The notes under the pieces: generated by a model
Database searches by the model: none
The model's input: the letters and a program-made list of their open reading frames with translations, nothing else
Told to the model about the DNA's origin: nothing
Assembly: GCA_964409935.1 (NCBI GenBank)
Contig: CAYPFP010000010.1
Coordinates: 376 to 64,375 of the forward strand
DNA from: an uncultured Planctomycetota bacterium
GTDB taxonomy: Bacteria > Planctomycetota > Brocadiia > JAADGH01 > CAYPFP01
Length of the DNA: 64,000 nucleotides
Direction: 5' to 3'
Shown here: positions 55,370-64,000 of the stretch, piece by piece
Position numbering within the stretch: position 1 is the first letter of the stretch
Layout: every line of letters starts with the position of its first letter
Program-made: the position numbers and the translations under genes

Positions 55370-56173
55370 TCACTTCCTCTTCTTCCCGTCGGTCGCCAGC
55401 AGCTTCCCAAGAAACAGAAGGCCCGGCCAACGGTAGTCTCGATTTTCGCGGTCGAAGTCGCTGTCGGCCAGGAGCGCGTTCAGCTTGACGTCGCTGTACG
55501 TGTAACTGGAGATCAGGTTGTCGTTCCAGTCGAAGCTCACGACCCGCACCGGCGCCATCAGCTCCTTGTCCACGTGGGTCCAGCACAGAAAAGCCGGGTA
55601 GGCCGCTTTCTGGGGCAGCACCCGGATCACCAGCCAGCACGGCCGGCCGTTGAACGACGTGCTCTCGATGCAGAACATCTGAAGGTCGCCGGCCGCCTTC
55701 GCCTTGACCGCCACGTCCACGAGCATCTTGGTGACGCTGCGAATCCCCGCCTGGGTCACCGGGTAAAGGTTCTCTTTCATCAGGTCGCCGGAGTTCAGTT
55801 CTTTCTTGATCTCCAGCGGAATGGGCGGCTGGTGGCCGATCACCAGGTTGTCGTACTTCCCCTCCGCGTAAATGACCTCCCGGTCCTTGTTCGGGTGCTT
55901 CGTCCATTTGAAGTAGAAGCTCAGCGGCGCGTACCGGCACTTCATGAACATCGTCTCCGGTTCGCGCAGATAGTTGTTGATGCGCTCGTGCTTGGTGAAG
56001 ACGGCCGTGAAGCCGCTCGTCTTTTCCTGCGCCGCCTGGCAGTCGCGCAGGAGCTGCAAAGGATCCTTCGCGTAGTCGTTTGGCGGCGGGGACTGCGCCC
56101 CGGCGTTCATGGCCCCGATCAATATCCCCGCGGCAACGCAGACCCACCTCCCTGCCGTAGGCCGAATCTTCAT
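55370..56173 (-). CDS. DUF1571 (LolA-like fold) secreted protein, paralogue A
   Basis: Signal peptide. ..DCQAAQEKTSGFTAVFTKHERI..MFMKCRYAPLSFYFKW..GRPCWLV.. Alignable throughout with 56231..57025. Confidence 0.82.
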   Translation of the reverse strand: MKIRPTAGRWVCVAAGILIGAMNAGAQSPPPNDYAKDPLQLLRDCQAAQEKTSGFTAVFTKHERINNYLREPETMFMKCRYAPLSFYFKWTKHPNKDREVIYAEGKYDNLVIGHQPPIPLEIKKELNSGDLMKENLYPVTQAGIRSVTKMLVDVAVKAKAAGDLQMFCIESTSFNGRPCWLVIRVLPQKAAYPAFLCWTHVDKELMAPVRVVSFDWNDNLISSYTYSDVKLNALLADSDFDRENRDYRWPGLLFLGKLLATDGKKRK

Positions 56174-56230
56174 CCTGTGGCTCCTGGTGGTTTATCCTGG
56201 AAGACGCTACTGTGCTCGGCGTTTGCGCGC

Positions 56231-57025
56231 CTATTTCTTCTTGCCGCCGAACAAGCCCTGGAAAATGTCCTTGGCAAACCCGTAGCTCGGATTGTTGATG
56301 TCGAAGTCGGCGTCCGTCAGCGGAGCATTCAGCTTCACGTCCGAAAAGGTGTAGCTGGAGACCAGGTCGTCGTCCCAGTTGAAGGTGGCGATGTGCACGG
56401 GCGCCATCGTCTCCTTGTCTATGTACGCGTAGAGAAGAAAAGAGGGGTAATTGGTCTTCTTGGGCAGCATACGCACCAGGCAGTACGCCGGTCGGCCGTT
56501 GTAGGTGTCTTCATTCACGTTGAGAAGTCTGACATCCCCCGCCTGCTTGGCTTGCTGCGTGACCTTCAGAATCGAGTCCACGGTGGTGCGGAACCCCGCC
56601 ATCGTGACCGGCCGCAGGCTCTCTTTCAGCGCATCCGCGCTGTCCGGCACCAGCTTGATATTCACCGGCAGCGGGAACTGATGCCCCACCAGCTTGTTTT
56701 CGTACTTGCCCTCGCTATAGATGACTTCCCGCCCCGACTTCGGCCCCTTTTGCCACTTGAAGTAGATGCTGAAAGGCGCATACCGGCACTTCATCAGCAT
56801 GATCTCCGCGTCGCGAAGGTCATCCTTGATCCGTTCGCGCTTCGTGAAGATGGCCGTGAACCCGGTCACCTTGTCCTGCGCGGCCTTGCAGTCGAGGATG
56901 AGCTGTATCGGGTCTTTCGTATAGTCCCGTCCTGCCGGCGCCTGTGCCCGCACGCCGCTCGCGCTCAGCAGCAGGCCGCCTGCGGCGGCCAGAATCCACA
57001 CCCGCCCGCTTGACCAACGCTTCAT
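56231..57025 (-). CDS. DUF1571 (LolA-like fold) secreted protein, paralogue B
   Basis: ATG 57025 (GGAAGGAGAA upstream) inside track ORF 56231..57142. ..DCKAAQDKVTGFTAIFTKRERI..MLMKCRYAPFSIYFKW..GRPAYCLV.. Confidence 0.82.
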   Translation of the reverse strand: MKRWSSGRVWILAAAGGLLLSASGVRAQAPAGRDYTKDPIQLILDCKAAQDKVTGFTAIFTKRERIKDDLRDAEIMLMKCRYAPFSIYFKWQKGPKSGREVIYSEGKYENKLVGHQFPLPVNIKLVPDSADALKESLRPVTMAGFRTTVDSILKVTQQAKQAGDVRLLNVNEDTYNGRPAYCLVRMLPKKTNYPSFLLYAYIDKETMAPVHIATFNWDDDLVSSYTFSDVKLNAPLTDADFDINNPSYGFAKDIFQGLFGGKKK

Positions 57026-57138
57026 GCCGATTCTCCTTCCACTGAATTCCCGCAAACCTGTCTCCCCGGTAACGCTCAAACCGCCGCCCATCCCGTCCCG
57101 CGCGTGTCTCCGCAACTTCGCCTTCCCTGCGCCGCCCG

Positions 57139-58296
57139 TCAACTGTCAATCAGCCGCCGCCAGAAGCGCACCGACCGCCTCACGCGCACCGCATTATGTT
57201 TACAAAATTCATGGCAGCAAAAGCAAGAAAAACACTTCGCCGTGTCAATCACCGGGTACGGATTCATGGCGATCGCCTCGACCGGACACTGCGTCGCGCA
57301 CAGGCCGCACCGCATGCAAATCTCGCGATCCACCTCCGGCCGCTTCACCATGATGTGCGCGAACAACCGCGCCAGCATCGTCGAGATCGCCCCCCGCATC
57401 GGCGCGAAGGGCAGCTTGAAATCCGGGATCGGCTCCAGCCTTCCGTCCGCCTCGATCTTTTCGGGGCGAATCTCCCCCAGCCCCCGTTCGGACGCGATCC
57501 TCAACGTCTCCACCGATTCCGGCGGCGTGCCCATCATCAGGGCCATCGCCGCATCCAGCGTCACGGCGTTGCGGCATGCCAGAATTTTTCCCACCTCGCG
57601 CAGCTCGTTCGACGACGGCCCCATGCCCTCCATGCCGGTCACCGCGTCCATGATCGCCAGGTCCGGCGGCCGCACCTCGAACACGTCCACCACGGCCTCG
57701 CAGAAATCCTTGTTCGTGCGGGCCAGCCGGTGCATCTCGGACTTCTGCCCGCCCACCAGAAGCCCGAAACTGTTCTTCACCGCCCCCGTCAGCGTCGTCA
57801 CCAGGTGCGTCTTGAATTTCGGGAGCGTGATGTAGAGGTCCGCCGCCAGCGCCGGCTTCGAGACCAGCAGCCGCCGCGTGAACCGCGACCGCGTCTCGAC
57901 GAACGTCGGCTCCTCGCTCAGGTTCACAAACTCGTCCGCGCACACGTCGTAGATGCCGCACCGCTTCGCCGACAGTATGTTCTGGCCGTAGCCGCGCATC
58001 CCGGGGTTGTCGCCCACCATCACGCGCGCGCCGCGCCGTTTGAGGTTCCCGACCACGGCCTTGACCACGGCCGGATGGGTCGTGATGGCCCGCTCCACCT
58101 CGAACGGCCCCAGGATGTTGGGCTTTACCAGCACTGTGCGGCCCTGCACGTCCAGGCCGCTGGCATCCAAGATGTCGCTCACCGCCCCGTCAAGGCGGCC
58201 CCCCTCGTACCCCGCGTCGCGAATCAGTACGCGGTTGTCCCGCGCCGGCGGGACGCCCGCCCCCGCCCCTTCTTTCGCGGATTCCGGTCCAGCCAT
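57139..58296 (-). CDS. DUF362 protein with C-terminal 4Fe-4S ferredoxin-type domain
   Basis: VLVKPN.., ..LPKFKTH.. (DUF362-like), then CMRCGLCATQCP plus a second Cys cluster CFSCFCCHEFC. Confidence 0.82.
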   Translation of the reverse strand: MAGPESAKEGAGAGVPPARDNRVLIRDAGYEGGRLDGAVSDILDASGLDVQGRTVLVKPNILGPFEVERAITTHPAVVKAVVGNLKRRGARVMVGDNPGMRGYGQNILSAKRCGIYDVCADEFVNLSEEPTFVETRSRFTRRLLVSKPALAADLYITLPKFKTHLVTTLTGAVKNSFGLLVGGQKSEMHRLARTNKDFCEAVVDVFEVRPPDLAIMDAVTGMEGMGPSSNELREVGKILACRNAVTLDAAMALMMGTPPESVETLRIASERGLGEIRPEKIEADGRLEPIPDFKLPFAPMRGAISTMLARLFAHIMVKRPEVDREICMRCGLCATQCPVEAIAMNPYPVIDTAKCFSCFCCHEFCKHNAVRVRRSVRFWRRLIDS

Positions 58297-58302
58297 GACA
58301 TC

Positions 58303-59340
58303 CTATCTGAGCAGAAAATATCCGTGCCCGACCAGGTCGAAGATGCGCCGGTCTACGACCTCGTACCCGGCCTGGCCGAACAGCTCCTCCAGTCCCGCCT
58401 GGCTCAGGATCACCTGGTGCGTGAGGTTGTGGAACAGATGGTGCTCCAGAAAGGCCGTGGGCCTTCGCCGCAGGCGTTCATGCGGCTGCTTGCAGAACTC
58501 CGCCACGATGAGGGCCTGGCCGGGAAAGTTCTTCTTCAGCGTCCCCAGCAGGGCCGCGATCCGCTCGTTGCCGCCGTACAGATATTCGTGAAAGACGTCC
58601 ACGGCCGTGAAGACCTCGGCCTTGGGCCACTCGTCGGGCTTGGCGGCCAGCTCGAACATGTCCCCCTGGTACACGGATATCCGGTCCTCCAGCCCCGCCT
58701 TGGCGATGTACTGCCGCGCGCACTCCACCGCTTCGGGCGACGAATCGAATCCCCAGCACTTGACATCGGGATCTTCGCACAGCACGCCCAGAAACTCGGC
58801 GTCGCCGCACCCGATGTCGAGCACCGTCTTGAAGCCGTGTTGCCGGATCATGTCCTGCATCACCGGAAAGGGCAGTTGCCGGCCCAGTTCCCCGCTGCCC
58901 AGGGCCACGGCCGCTCCCCGCCGGACCACGTCGCGCTGGTAGGCCTTGCGCCGGGCCAGCAGGTCTCCCAGGGCGTAGAAGACCGGCTCGTATCCGTAGA
59001 GCAGGTCAAAAAGGCCTCGCGGTTCCTCCAGGAATCGCTGCCCCTTGTCGTCCAGGCGGCAGATCTGCCCCTCCAGGCGCAGGAACCGCAGCCCGTCCAG
59101 GTATTCGCAGATGCTATGGAGGACGTGGGGATCGAGTCCTTTCTCAGCCGCGTACGCCTCCAGGTTGACGGCTTTCTTCTGGAGCAGTTCGTCTAAAAAC
59201 CCGACGTTGAGGAGGGTCCAGAAACACGGAGAGAACGCGTATCCTCTGATGAACGGAAGCGCCTCCGCATGACGGCTGTTCATCTTGAGGAGTTTGCGGA
59301 GTCCGAACAGCCGTATCAGGTCTATGATTTGTCCGATCAT
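58303..59340 (-). CDS. SAM-dependent O-methyltransferase (COMT-like, with N-terminal dimerisation/winged-helix region)
   Basis: VLDIGCGDAEFLG (SAM motif I) preceded by a roughly 150-aa helical domain. The stop is 6 nt from the next start. Confidence 0.85.
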   Translation of the reverse strand: MIGQIIDLIRLFGLRKLLKMNSRHAEALPFIRGYAFSPCFWTLLNVGFLDELLQKKAVNLEAYAAEKGLDPHVLHSICEYLDGLRFLRLEGQICRLDDKGQRFLEEPRGLFDLLYGYEPVFYALGDLLARRKAYQRDVVRRGAAVALGSGELGRQLPFPVMQDMIRQHGFKTVLDIGCGDAEFLGVLCEDPDVKCWGFDSSPEAVECARQYIAKAGLEDRISVYQGDMFELAAKPDEWPKAEVFTAVDVFHEYLYGGNERIAALLGTLKKNFPGQALIVAEFCKQPHERLRRRPTAFLEHHLFHNLTHQVILSQAGLEELFGQAGYEVVDRRIFDLVGHGYFLLR

Positions 59341-59453
59341 GTCATGTTGTCCTTAGTCAAAAGCTGAAGGATCAATGAGAATGGCGCGCCGGGCGAGGCC
59401 AAACGCAAGGGGGCGCCCTCACCTTGTCTCGCGCATCTGCGAGCGTCTTTCCT

Positions 59454-60305
59454 CTACGCCTTCTTGGCCACGAGGACGGTGTAGATGCCCATCGGCTCGG
59501 GCCTGGCGAACGTGTCACGGAATCCGGAGCGCTCCAAAATCTGCGTGACGTGTTCCGGTGTCCGGGTGTAAATGTGCCAGTTGAGCACCCGTTGCAGGAA
59601 CGGGCGCGTGTTGTAGACGTCTTCAATGCTGTGGGTGACGATGGCTCCGCCGGGGGCCATGGCTTCGTGCAGGATGCGGAACAGCTCCGCGACCTGATCG
59701 TCGTTCAGGTACTCCAGTATCCCGATCATCTTCACGATGTGGGGCGCGATGTTGGGGACGTGTTTGTGAATTTCTCGCGCGTCGCCCTGAATGAAGTGCA
59801 CGCTCTCCGAAAGTCCCCGCTGCTTGGCCGCCTCCCGGCCGTACTCGAAGGCCTCGCTGTCCATGTCAATCAGGTAGGCCGCGACCTTTTGCTTCTCCAC
59901 TCCCGACAGAAGGATGCCCTCCTGGGTGTTCGTGCCCGGCCCCGCCCCCACGCCGACGATCACCACGCAGCCCTGGCCGGCGTACTGCTTGACCAGGTCC
60001 GCGATGGTCTTCGTGACGAGCCGCTTGCGGTTCCGGATCGCGATCGGAAAGCACCCGTCCCGCACCGCCACGGCGTCCACGATGTTGATCGGCTTCGCGT
60101 TCTTGTAGATGATCTCCATGGCCTTCCACCCCCCCGGCCGGTGCAGCGACTCCAGCACGATCGGGCTTCCGCTCCAGACCATGATCTTACGCAGCAGGCC
60201 CGCCGGCATCAGCCAGTTCTTGAAGGGGTTCGTCACCGTGTGCCGAATCTTCTGCCGCAACGAGAACACCTCGAACTGGATGCCGTCCCTCTCCACCAGC
60301 TTCAT
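59454..60305 (-). CDS. Class I SAM-dependent methyltransferase
   Basis: VVIVGVGAGPG (motif I), AYLIDMD (acidic loop), APGGAIV (post-II). AGGAGG RBS. Confidence 0.82.
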   Translation of the reverse strand: MKLVERDGIQFEVFSLRQKIRHTVTNPFKNWLMPAGLLRKIMVWSGSPIVLESLHRPGGWKAMEIIYKNAKPINIVDAVAVRDGCFPIAIRNRKRLVTKTIADLVKQYAGQGCVVIVGVGAGPGTNTQEGILLSGVEKQKVAAYLIDMDSEAFEYGREAAKQRGLSESVHFIQGDAREIHKHVPNIAPHIVKMIGILEYLNDDQVAELFRILHEAMAPGGAIVTHSIEDVYNTRPFLQRVLNWHIYTRTPEHVTQILERSGFRDTFARPEPMGIYTVLVAKKA

Positions 60306-60394
60306 CCCGCACCTCCTGAGAGAATCCGTGTGCCCGGATACCCAACCTTGCGTCTAACTTGCCGACCATTCCCCCCCATCCGGGAACGGAACCT

Positions 60395-61396
60395 TCAGTT
60401 CAGATGTTTCCGGAAGAACTCGACCACCCGCCGCTCATACTCCGCTGCGGCCACGCGGGCGCCCTCGTTGTGCCGGGCCCCGGCGACGACCCAAAACTCT
60501 TTCGGGTCCTGCGCCTGTTCGAACAGCCGCCGTGCGTGCTCCACTGTTACGTAACTGTCCCGCCCCCCTTGGATCATCAGCAGCGGCGTCGGCGACAGTC
60601 GCCGCAGATGATCCTCCACGGCCACGAACCGGCACTTGAGCATACGCTCCGCCCGGCGCATCGAAATCCTCGACAGCCATCGGAAAAAAGGCTCCGGCAG
60701 CCACGGGTGGATGAACGGCAGCACGGCGTACACCGAAATCCACCGCTTGATGCCCTCGATCAGCAGCCCCGCCGTCGCGAAGGCGCCTTCGGCCACCACC
60801 GCCTTCACGTGGCTGCCGCCGCTGGCCGCGCAGATGCACGAACACGCCCCCCGCGACAGACCGAGCAGGCCGATCCTGCCCCCCTCCGCATCAGCCCGGC
60901 CCCGCACGTGCCGGATCGCCGCCTCCAGGTCCGCCACCTCGTACTGCGTCAGCCATTGCTTGGGCGAGTAGCCGTTCGCGTTCCCGCTCTGGCCGTGGCC
61001 ACGAAAGTCGAACGCGAATACGTTCAGGCCCGCCGGCCTCAGGAACCTCTCGTACGGGGCCACCGAGTTCATGTCCGAGCCGTACTCATGGCAGAAGATG
61101 ACGGTGCGCCCTTCGGCCCCCGTTCCCGGAAAAAAAACGCCCCGCAGCTTGACGCCGTCGTCCGTCTCCAGGTTCACCGGCTCCCCCGCGATCCGCACCT
61201 CCGGGTCCGGCGACCCCGGTATCTGCGACCGGTTCAGGAACAGATCCAGGATGATCTTCAGATATCCCCGAAGCAGGATCGCCAAGGCGGCCGCGACGGC
61301 GACCACGGAAAAAACGATCCCCGCGAACCCGGCGAGGATCACCTCGCCCCAGAAGCCTATCGCAGGCACAATGGCAAATGAGTGGAACGTCTCCAT
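60395..61396 (-). CDS. Membrane-anchored alpha/beta-hydrolase
   Basis: N-terminal TM segment(s) AIVPAIGFWGEVILAGFAGIVFSVVAVAAALAILL. FDFRGHGQS. Nucleophile elbow GLSRGA. Confidence 0.82.
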   Translation of the reverse strand: METFHSFAIVPAIGFWGEVILAGFAGIVFSVVAVAAALAILLRGYLKIILDLFLNRSQIPGSPDPEVRIAGEPVNLETDDGVKLRGVFFPGTGAEGRTVIFCHEYGSDMNSVAPYERFLRPAGLNVFAFDFRGHGQSGNANGYSPKQWLTQYEVADLEAAIRHVRGRADAEGGRIGLLGLSRGACSCICAASGGSHVKAVVAEGAFATAGLLIEGIKRWISVYAVLPFIHPWLPEPFFRWLSRISMRRAERMLKCRFVAVEDHLRRLSPTPLLMIQGGRDSYVTVEHARRLFEQAQDPKEFWVVAGARHNEGARVAAAEYERRVVEFFRKHLN

Positions 61397-61497
61397 GTCG
61401 GTCGTGTTATTTCTGCCGCTGCCCAGTCAGGGCGATAGATTTTCCCCATGAACCGCCGCCCCCTCGAATGCCCGGTTGCCGTTCCCCGCCGCCTCGG

Positions 61498-62781
61498 CTA
61501 TCCCGCATACTCGCGCGCCAGCAGGGCGACGTTCTGGCCGCCGAAGCCGAACGAATTCGAGAGAGCGACCTTGACCTCCATCTCGCGAGCCTCGTTCGGC
61601 ACGTAGTCCAGGTCGCAATCCGGGTCCGGCGTCGTGTAGTTGATGGTGGGCGGCACCACATTGTCGCGCATCGCCAGGGCGCACACCGCCAGCTCCACCG
61701 CGCCGGCCGCCGCGATCAGATGCCCCAGCATGGACTTGATGGAACTCACCGGGATCCGATACGCCCTGTCGCCGAAAACCTTCTTGATCGCCAGCGTCTC
61801 AATCTTGTCGTTGACCACCGTGGACGTCCCATGCGCGTTGATGTACTGCACCTCGTCGCACGCCACCCCCGCGTCCTTCAGCGCCAACCGCATCGCCTCG
61901 ATGGCGCCGCGGCCTTCCGGGTGGGTATCCGTGATCCGAAAGGCGTCGGCCGTGCTGCCGTAACCGATGACCTCGGCGTAGATGTGCGCGCCCCGCTTCC
62001 GGGCGTGCGCCAGTTCCTCCAGGATCAGCACCCCCGCCCCCTCGCCCAAGATGAAGCCGTCGCGCTTCAGGTCGAAGGGCCGGCTGGCCTTTTGCGGCTC
62101 TTCGTTCTGGGTGGACAGCGCCGTCAGCAGGTTGAAGCCCGCCAGGCCCAGGGCATGAATCATCGAATGCGCGCCCCCTGCGATCAAGAAGTCGGCGTGC
62201 CCGTTCTGGATCAGCTTGGTCGCCTCTCCGATGGCCTGCGAACTGGCCGCGCACGCGGTCAGACAGTTCGAGTTGTGTCCCTTGAGACCAAAAATATGGG
62301 CCAGATGCCCCGCCGGCATGTTCGGTTCCTGCTCAAGCTCTTTCAGGGGATGGAACGCGCAGACGCCCAGCTCCATGAACTTCCCCATGTTCGCCCGGTC
62401 GCCGGTCCACGAGTCGCAGATGACCTTCACCAGGTTGTCAAAATCCAGCGTCCCCTCCCCCGATCCCAGGTACACGCCGGCGCGGGCCGGGTCGAAGGCG
62501 CCCTGCTTCAGCCCCGCGTCGTCCCACGCCATCTGCGCCGCCGCGATGGCGAACTTCGCGTTGCGCCCCACGTGCGCATAGGGCGACACGTCCTTCACGA
62601 AATTCGCCAGGTCGAAGGACTTCACCTCGCCGGCGATCTTGGTGGGGAAGTTTGAGGCGTCGAACAGCCGGATGTAGTCCAGCCCCGACTTGCCCGCCAG
62701 CATCGCCCGCCAGTTCTCCTCCACGCCGGCCCCCAGCGGGGTCAGAATCCCCATGCCTGTGATCACTACTCGTCTTGCCAT
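61498..62781 (-). CDS. Beta-ketoacyl-ACP synthase II family (FabF-like), complete Cys-His-His triad
   Basis: RRVVITGMGILTPLG, LTACAASSQAIG (Cys), YINAHGTST (His), IKSMLGHLIAAAG (His), NSFGFGGQN. Confidence 0.92.
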   Translation of the reverse strand: MARRVVITGMGILTPLGAGVEENWRAMLAGKSGLDYIRLFDASNFPTKIAGEVKSFDLANFVKDVSPYAHVGRNAKFAIAAAQMAWDDAGLKQGAFDPARAGVYLGSGEGTLDFDNLVKVICDSWTGDRANMGKFMELGVCAFHPLKELEQEPNMPAGHLAHIFGLKGHNSNCLTACAASSQAIGEATKLIQNGHADFLIAGGAHSMIHALGLAGFNLLTALSTQNEEPQKASRPFDLKRDGFILGEGAGVLILEELAHARKRGAHIYAEVIGYGSTADAFRITDTHPEGRGAIEAMRLALKDAGVACDEVQYINAHGTSTVVNDKIETLAIKKVFGDRAYRIPVSSIKSMLGHLIAAAGAVELAVCALAMRDNVVPPTINYTTPDPDCDLDYVPNEAREMEVKVALSNSFGFGGQNVALLAREYAG

Positions 62782-62810
62782 AGTTAGGGCCGTTGTTCAG
62801 AAAACCAAAC

Positions 62811-64000
62811 TTACTCGAATTTCCTGATCACCAGGCTCGCGTTCTGCCCGGCGAAACTGGAGGCGTTGCACAGCACGTTCCGCAACGGCCGTCGCTGGGC
62901 CTCCCTCACGATCGGGAAGACGCACTCGGCGTTGGGATTGTCGCAGTTCAAGGTGGGCGGAACCGCGTCGTTCCTTACGGCCATCACGGCCCCCACCGCA
63001 TCCACCGCCCCCCCGCCCGCTCCGAGCTGGCCCATGAGCGACTTGAACGACGTGACGGCTGTCTTGGCGCAGGCCTCTCCGAAGGCGCGCTGTATGGCCG
63101 TGGCCTCCAGCCGGTCGTTGCCCGCCACCCCAATGGCATGGGCGCAGACGAAATCTATCTCCGCCGGGCCGACCTTGGCGTCGTCCATGGCCGTCTTCAT
63201 GGCGATGTCCCGCGCCGATTCGCTGGTCGGGGTCGCGCCCGCTGTCCTGGCGTCGCAGGTCGAGCCGAACCCCGCCAACTCGGCGTAAATCTTGGCTCCG
63301 CGCTTCTTGGCGTGTTCCAGCTCTTCCAAAATCACGATGCCGGCGCCCTCGCCCACCACCATGCCGTCGCAGTCCCGGTCGAAGGGGCGCGAGGCCTTCT
63401 CCGGCTCGTTGTTCCGCGCCGACAGGAGTTTCAAAAGGCTGTATCGCAGCATGCTCAGCGGGTTGATCTTGGCGTCGGAGCCGCCGCAGACCATCATGTC
63501 GGCGTCCCCCCGCCGGATCACCAGGAAGCCCTCGCCGATCGCCTGCGAACCCGCCGCGCACGCCGTCGTGATCGTGTTGTTCGGGCCTTGCAGGTCGTAC
63601 ATGATCGAGACGTGGCACGCCAGCATGTTCGGCAGGTACTTCAACAGCCACAGCGGGAACAGCCGTTCCAGCCCGTCCTTCCCGAACTTGCGAATGTCAA
63701 ACTGCTGCTGCCCGTCCTGACTGGCCACGATGGCCACGCCCAGTTCGTTGATGTCCGTCGGGATAAGCCCCGCGCCCAGACTGGTCCCGATGCGCGCGGG
63801 ATCAACCTTGCCCGGTTGCTCGATGCCCGCGTCCGCCATGGCCATCGTCGCGCAGGCGACGGCCAACTGAATGTCCCGCGCCATCACCTTGATGGACTTG
63901 CGCTGCTTGATGTGCGTCTTGGGGTCGTAGTTGTGCACCTCCGCCGCGATCCTGACGGGAAACGCCCCCGTCTCGAAAAACGTGATCGGCGCCACGCCCG
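62811..64000 (-). CDS. Ketosynthase-like protein, 5' end outside the window; second catalytic His replaced by Gln
   Basis: The reading frame is open to the window edge, and the track M at 63995 is an internal GTG. TTACAAGSQAIG (Cys retained), FVCAHAIGVAGND (first His retained, GTST lost), FKSLMGQLGAGGG (His to Gln), and SSFAGQN in place of SFGFGG. Confidence 0.85.
   Translation of the reverse strand, partial: GVAPITFFETGAFPVRIAAEVHNYDPKTHIKQRKSIKVMARDIQLAVACATMAMADAGIEQPGKVDPARIGTSLGAGLIPTDINELGVAIVASQDGQQQFDIRKFGKDGLERLFPLWLLKYLPNMLACHVSIMYDLQGPNNTITTACAAGSQAIGEGFLVIRRGDADMMVCGGSDAKINPLSMLRYSLLKLLSARNNEPEKASRPFDRDCDGMVVGEGAGIVILEELEHAKKRGAKIYAELAGFGSTCDARTAGATPTSESARDIAMKTAMDDAKVGPAEIDFVCAHAIGVAGNDRLEATAIQRAFGEACAKTAVTSFKSLMGQLGAGGGAVDAVGAVMAVRNDAVPPTLNCDNPNAECVFPIVREAQRRPLRNVLCNASSFAGQNASLVIRKFE

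Noticed and set aside
55343-59196. Plus-strand ORFs 55343..57013 and 57196..59196 (556 and 666 aa)
   Set aside because: Both are antisense to the DUF1571, DUF362 and methyltransferase genes, which carry clear motifs. The plus frames are R/H/P/L/V-rich.
1-64000. CRISPR arrays, rRNA, tRNA, integrase or TnpB genes
   Set aside because: I saw no regularly spaced short direct repeats, no rRNA/tRNA signatures, and no recombinase other than RayT on reading both strands. This was a visual scan, not an exhaustive search.

Overview
This is a 64-kb stretch of a high-G+C bacterial chromosome (mid-60s % G+C, judged by eye from sampled lines). I call about 50 protein genes and one RNA gene. Housekeeping anchors are rnpB (type-A RNase P RNA), dnaE and zwf. 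Most of the rest encodes very large signal-peptide proteins with carbohydrate-binding or glycosidase-like folds, a Cys-type sulfatase, FGE-fold proteins, DUF4838 and DUF1571 proteins, four medium-chain Zn-dehydrogenase paralogues and several alpha/beta-hydrolases. That content is typical of glycan-degrading PVC-type bacteria (Planctomycetota/Verrucomicrobiota-like), but this taxonomic call is inference only.

Four patches have visibly lower G+C (about 45-55% in sampled lines) and carry the accessory genes:
1. 1-1750: a nurA-herA nuclease/ATPase pair, cut by the left window edge.
2. 15156-16015: a self-promoted PIN-toxin cassette flanked by perfect 64-bp direct repeats that duplicate the 3' end of a dehydrogenase gene.
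3. 28184-29870: a Cas4-like PD-(D/E)XK nuclease next to a RayT (REP-associated tyrosine transposase) bracketed by REP-like palindromes.
4. 43600-44430: an orphan zinc-ribbon gene behind an array of ACATGT motifs.

The right third (50303-64000, all minus strand) is one long co-directional cluster. It starts with a ketosynthase pair in which one member has its second catalytic His replaced by Gln. It continues with a hydrolase, two methyltransferases, an Fe-S DUF362 protein, two LolA-like DUF1571 paralogues, an enolase-superfamily enzyme and two lipases, and ends with a PocR-GAF-PP2C sensor phosphatase. I read it as a candidate specialised-lipid or polyketide locus that runs past the window edge.

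No CRISPR array, tRNA or rRNA was found. The many long R/G/P/A-rich ORFs in the track are antisense shadows of real genes. All start codons are best guesses from Shine-Dalgarno spacing, and all family calls come from motif recognition by eye, not from searches.
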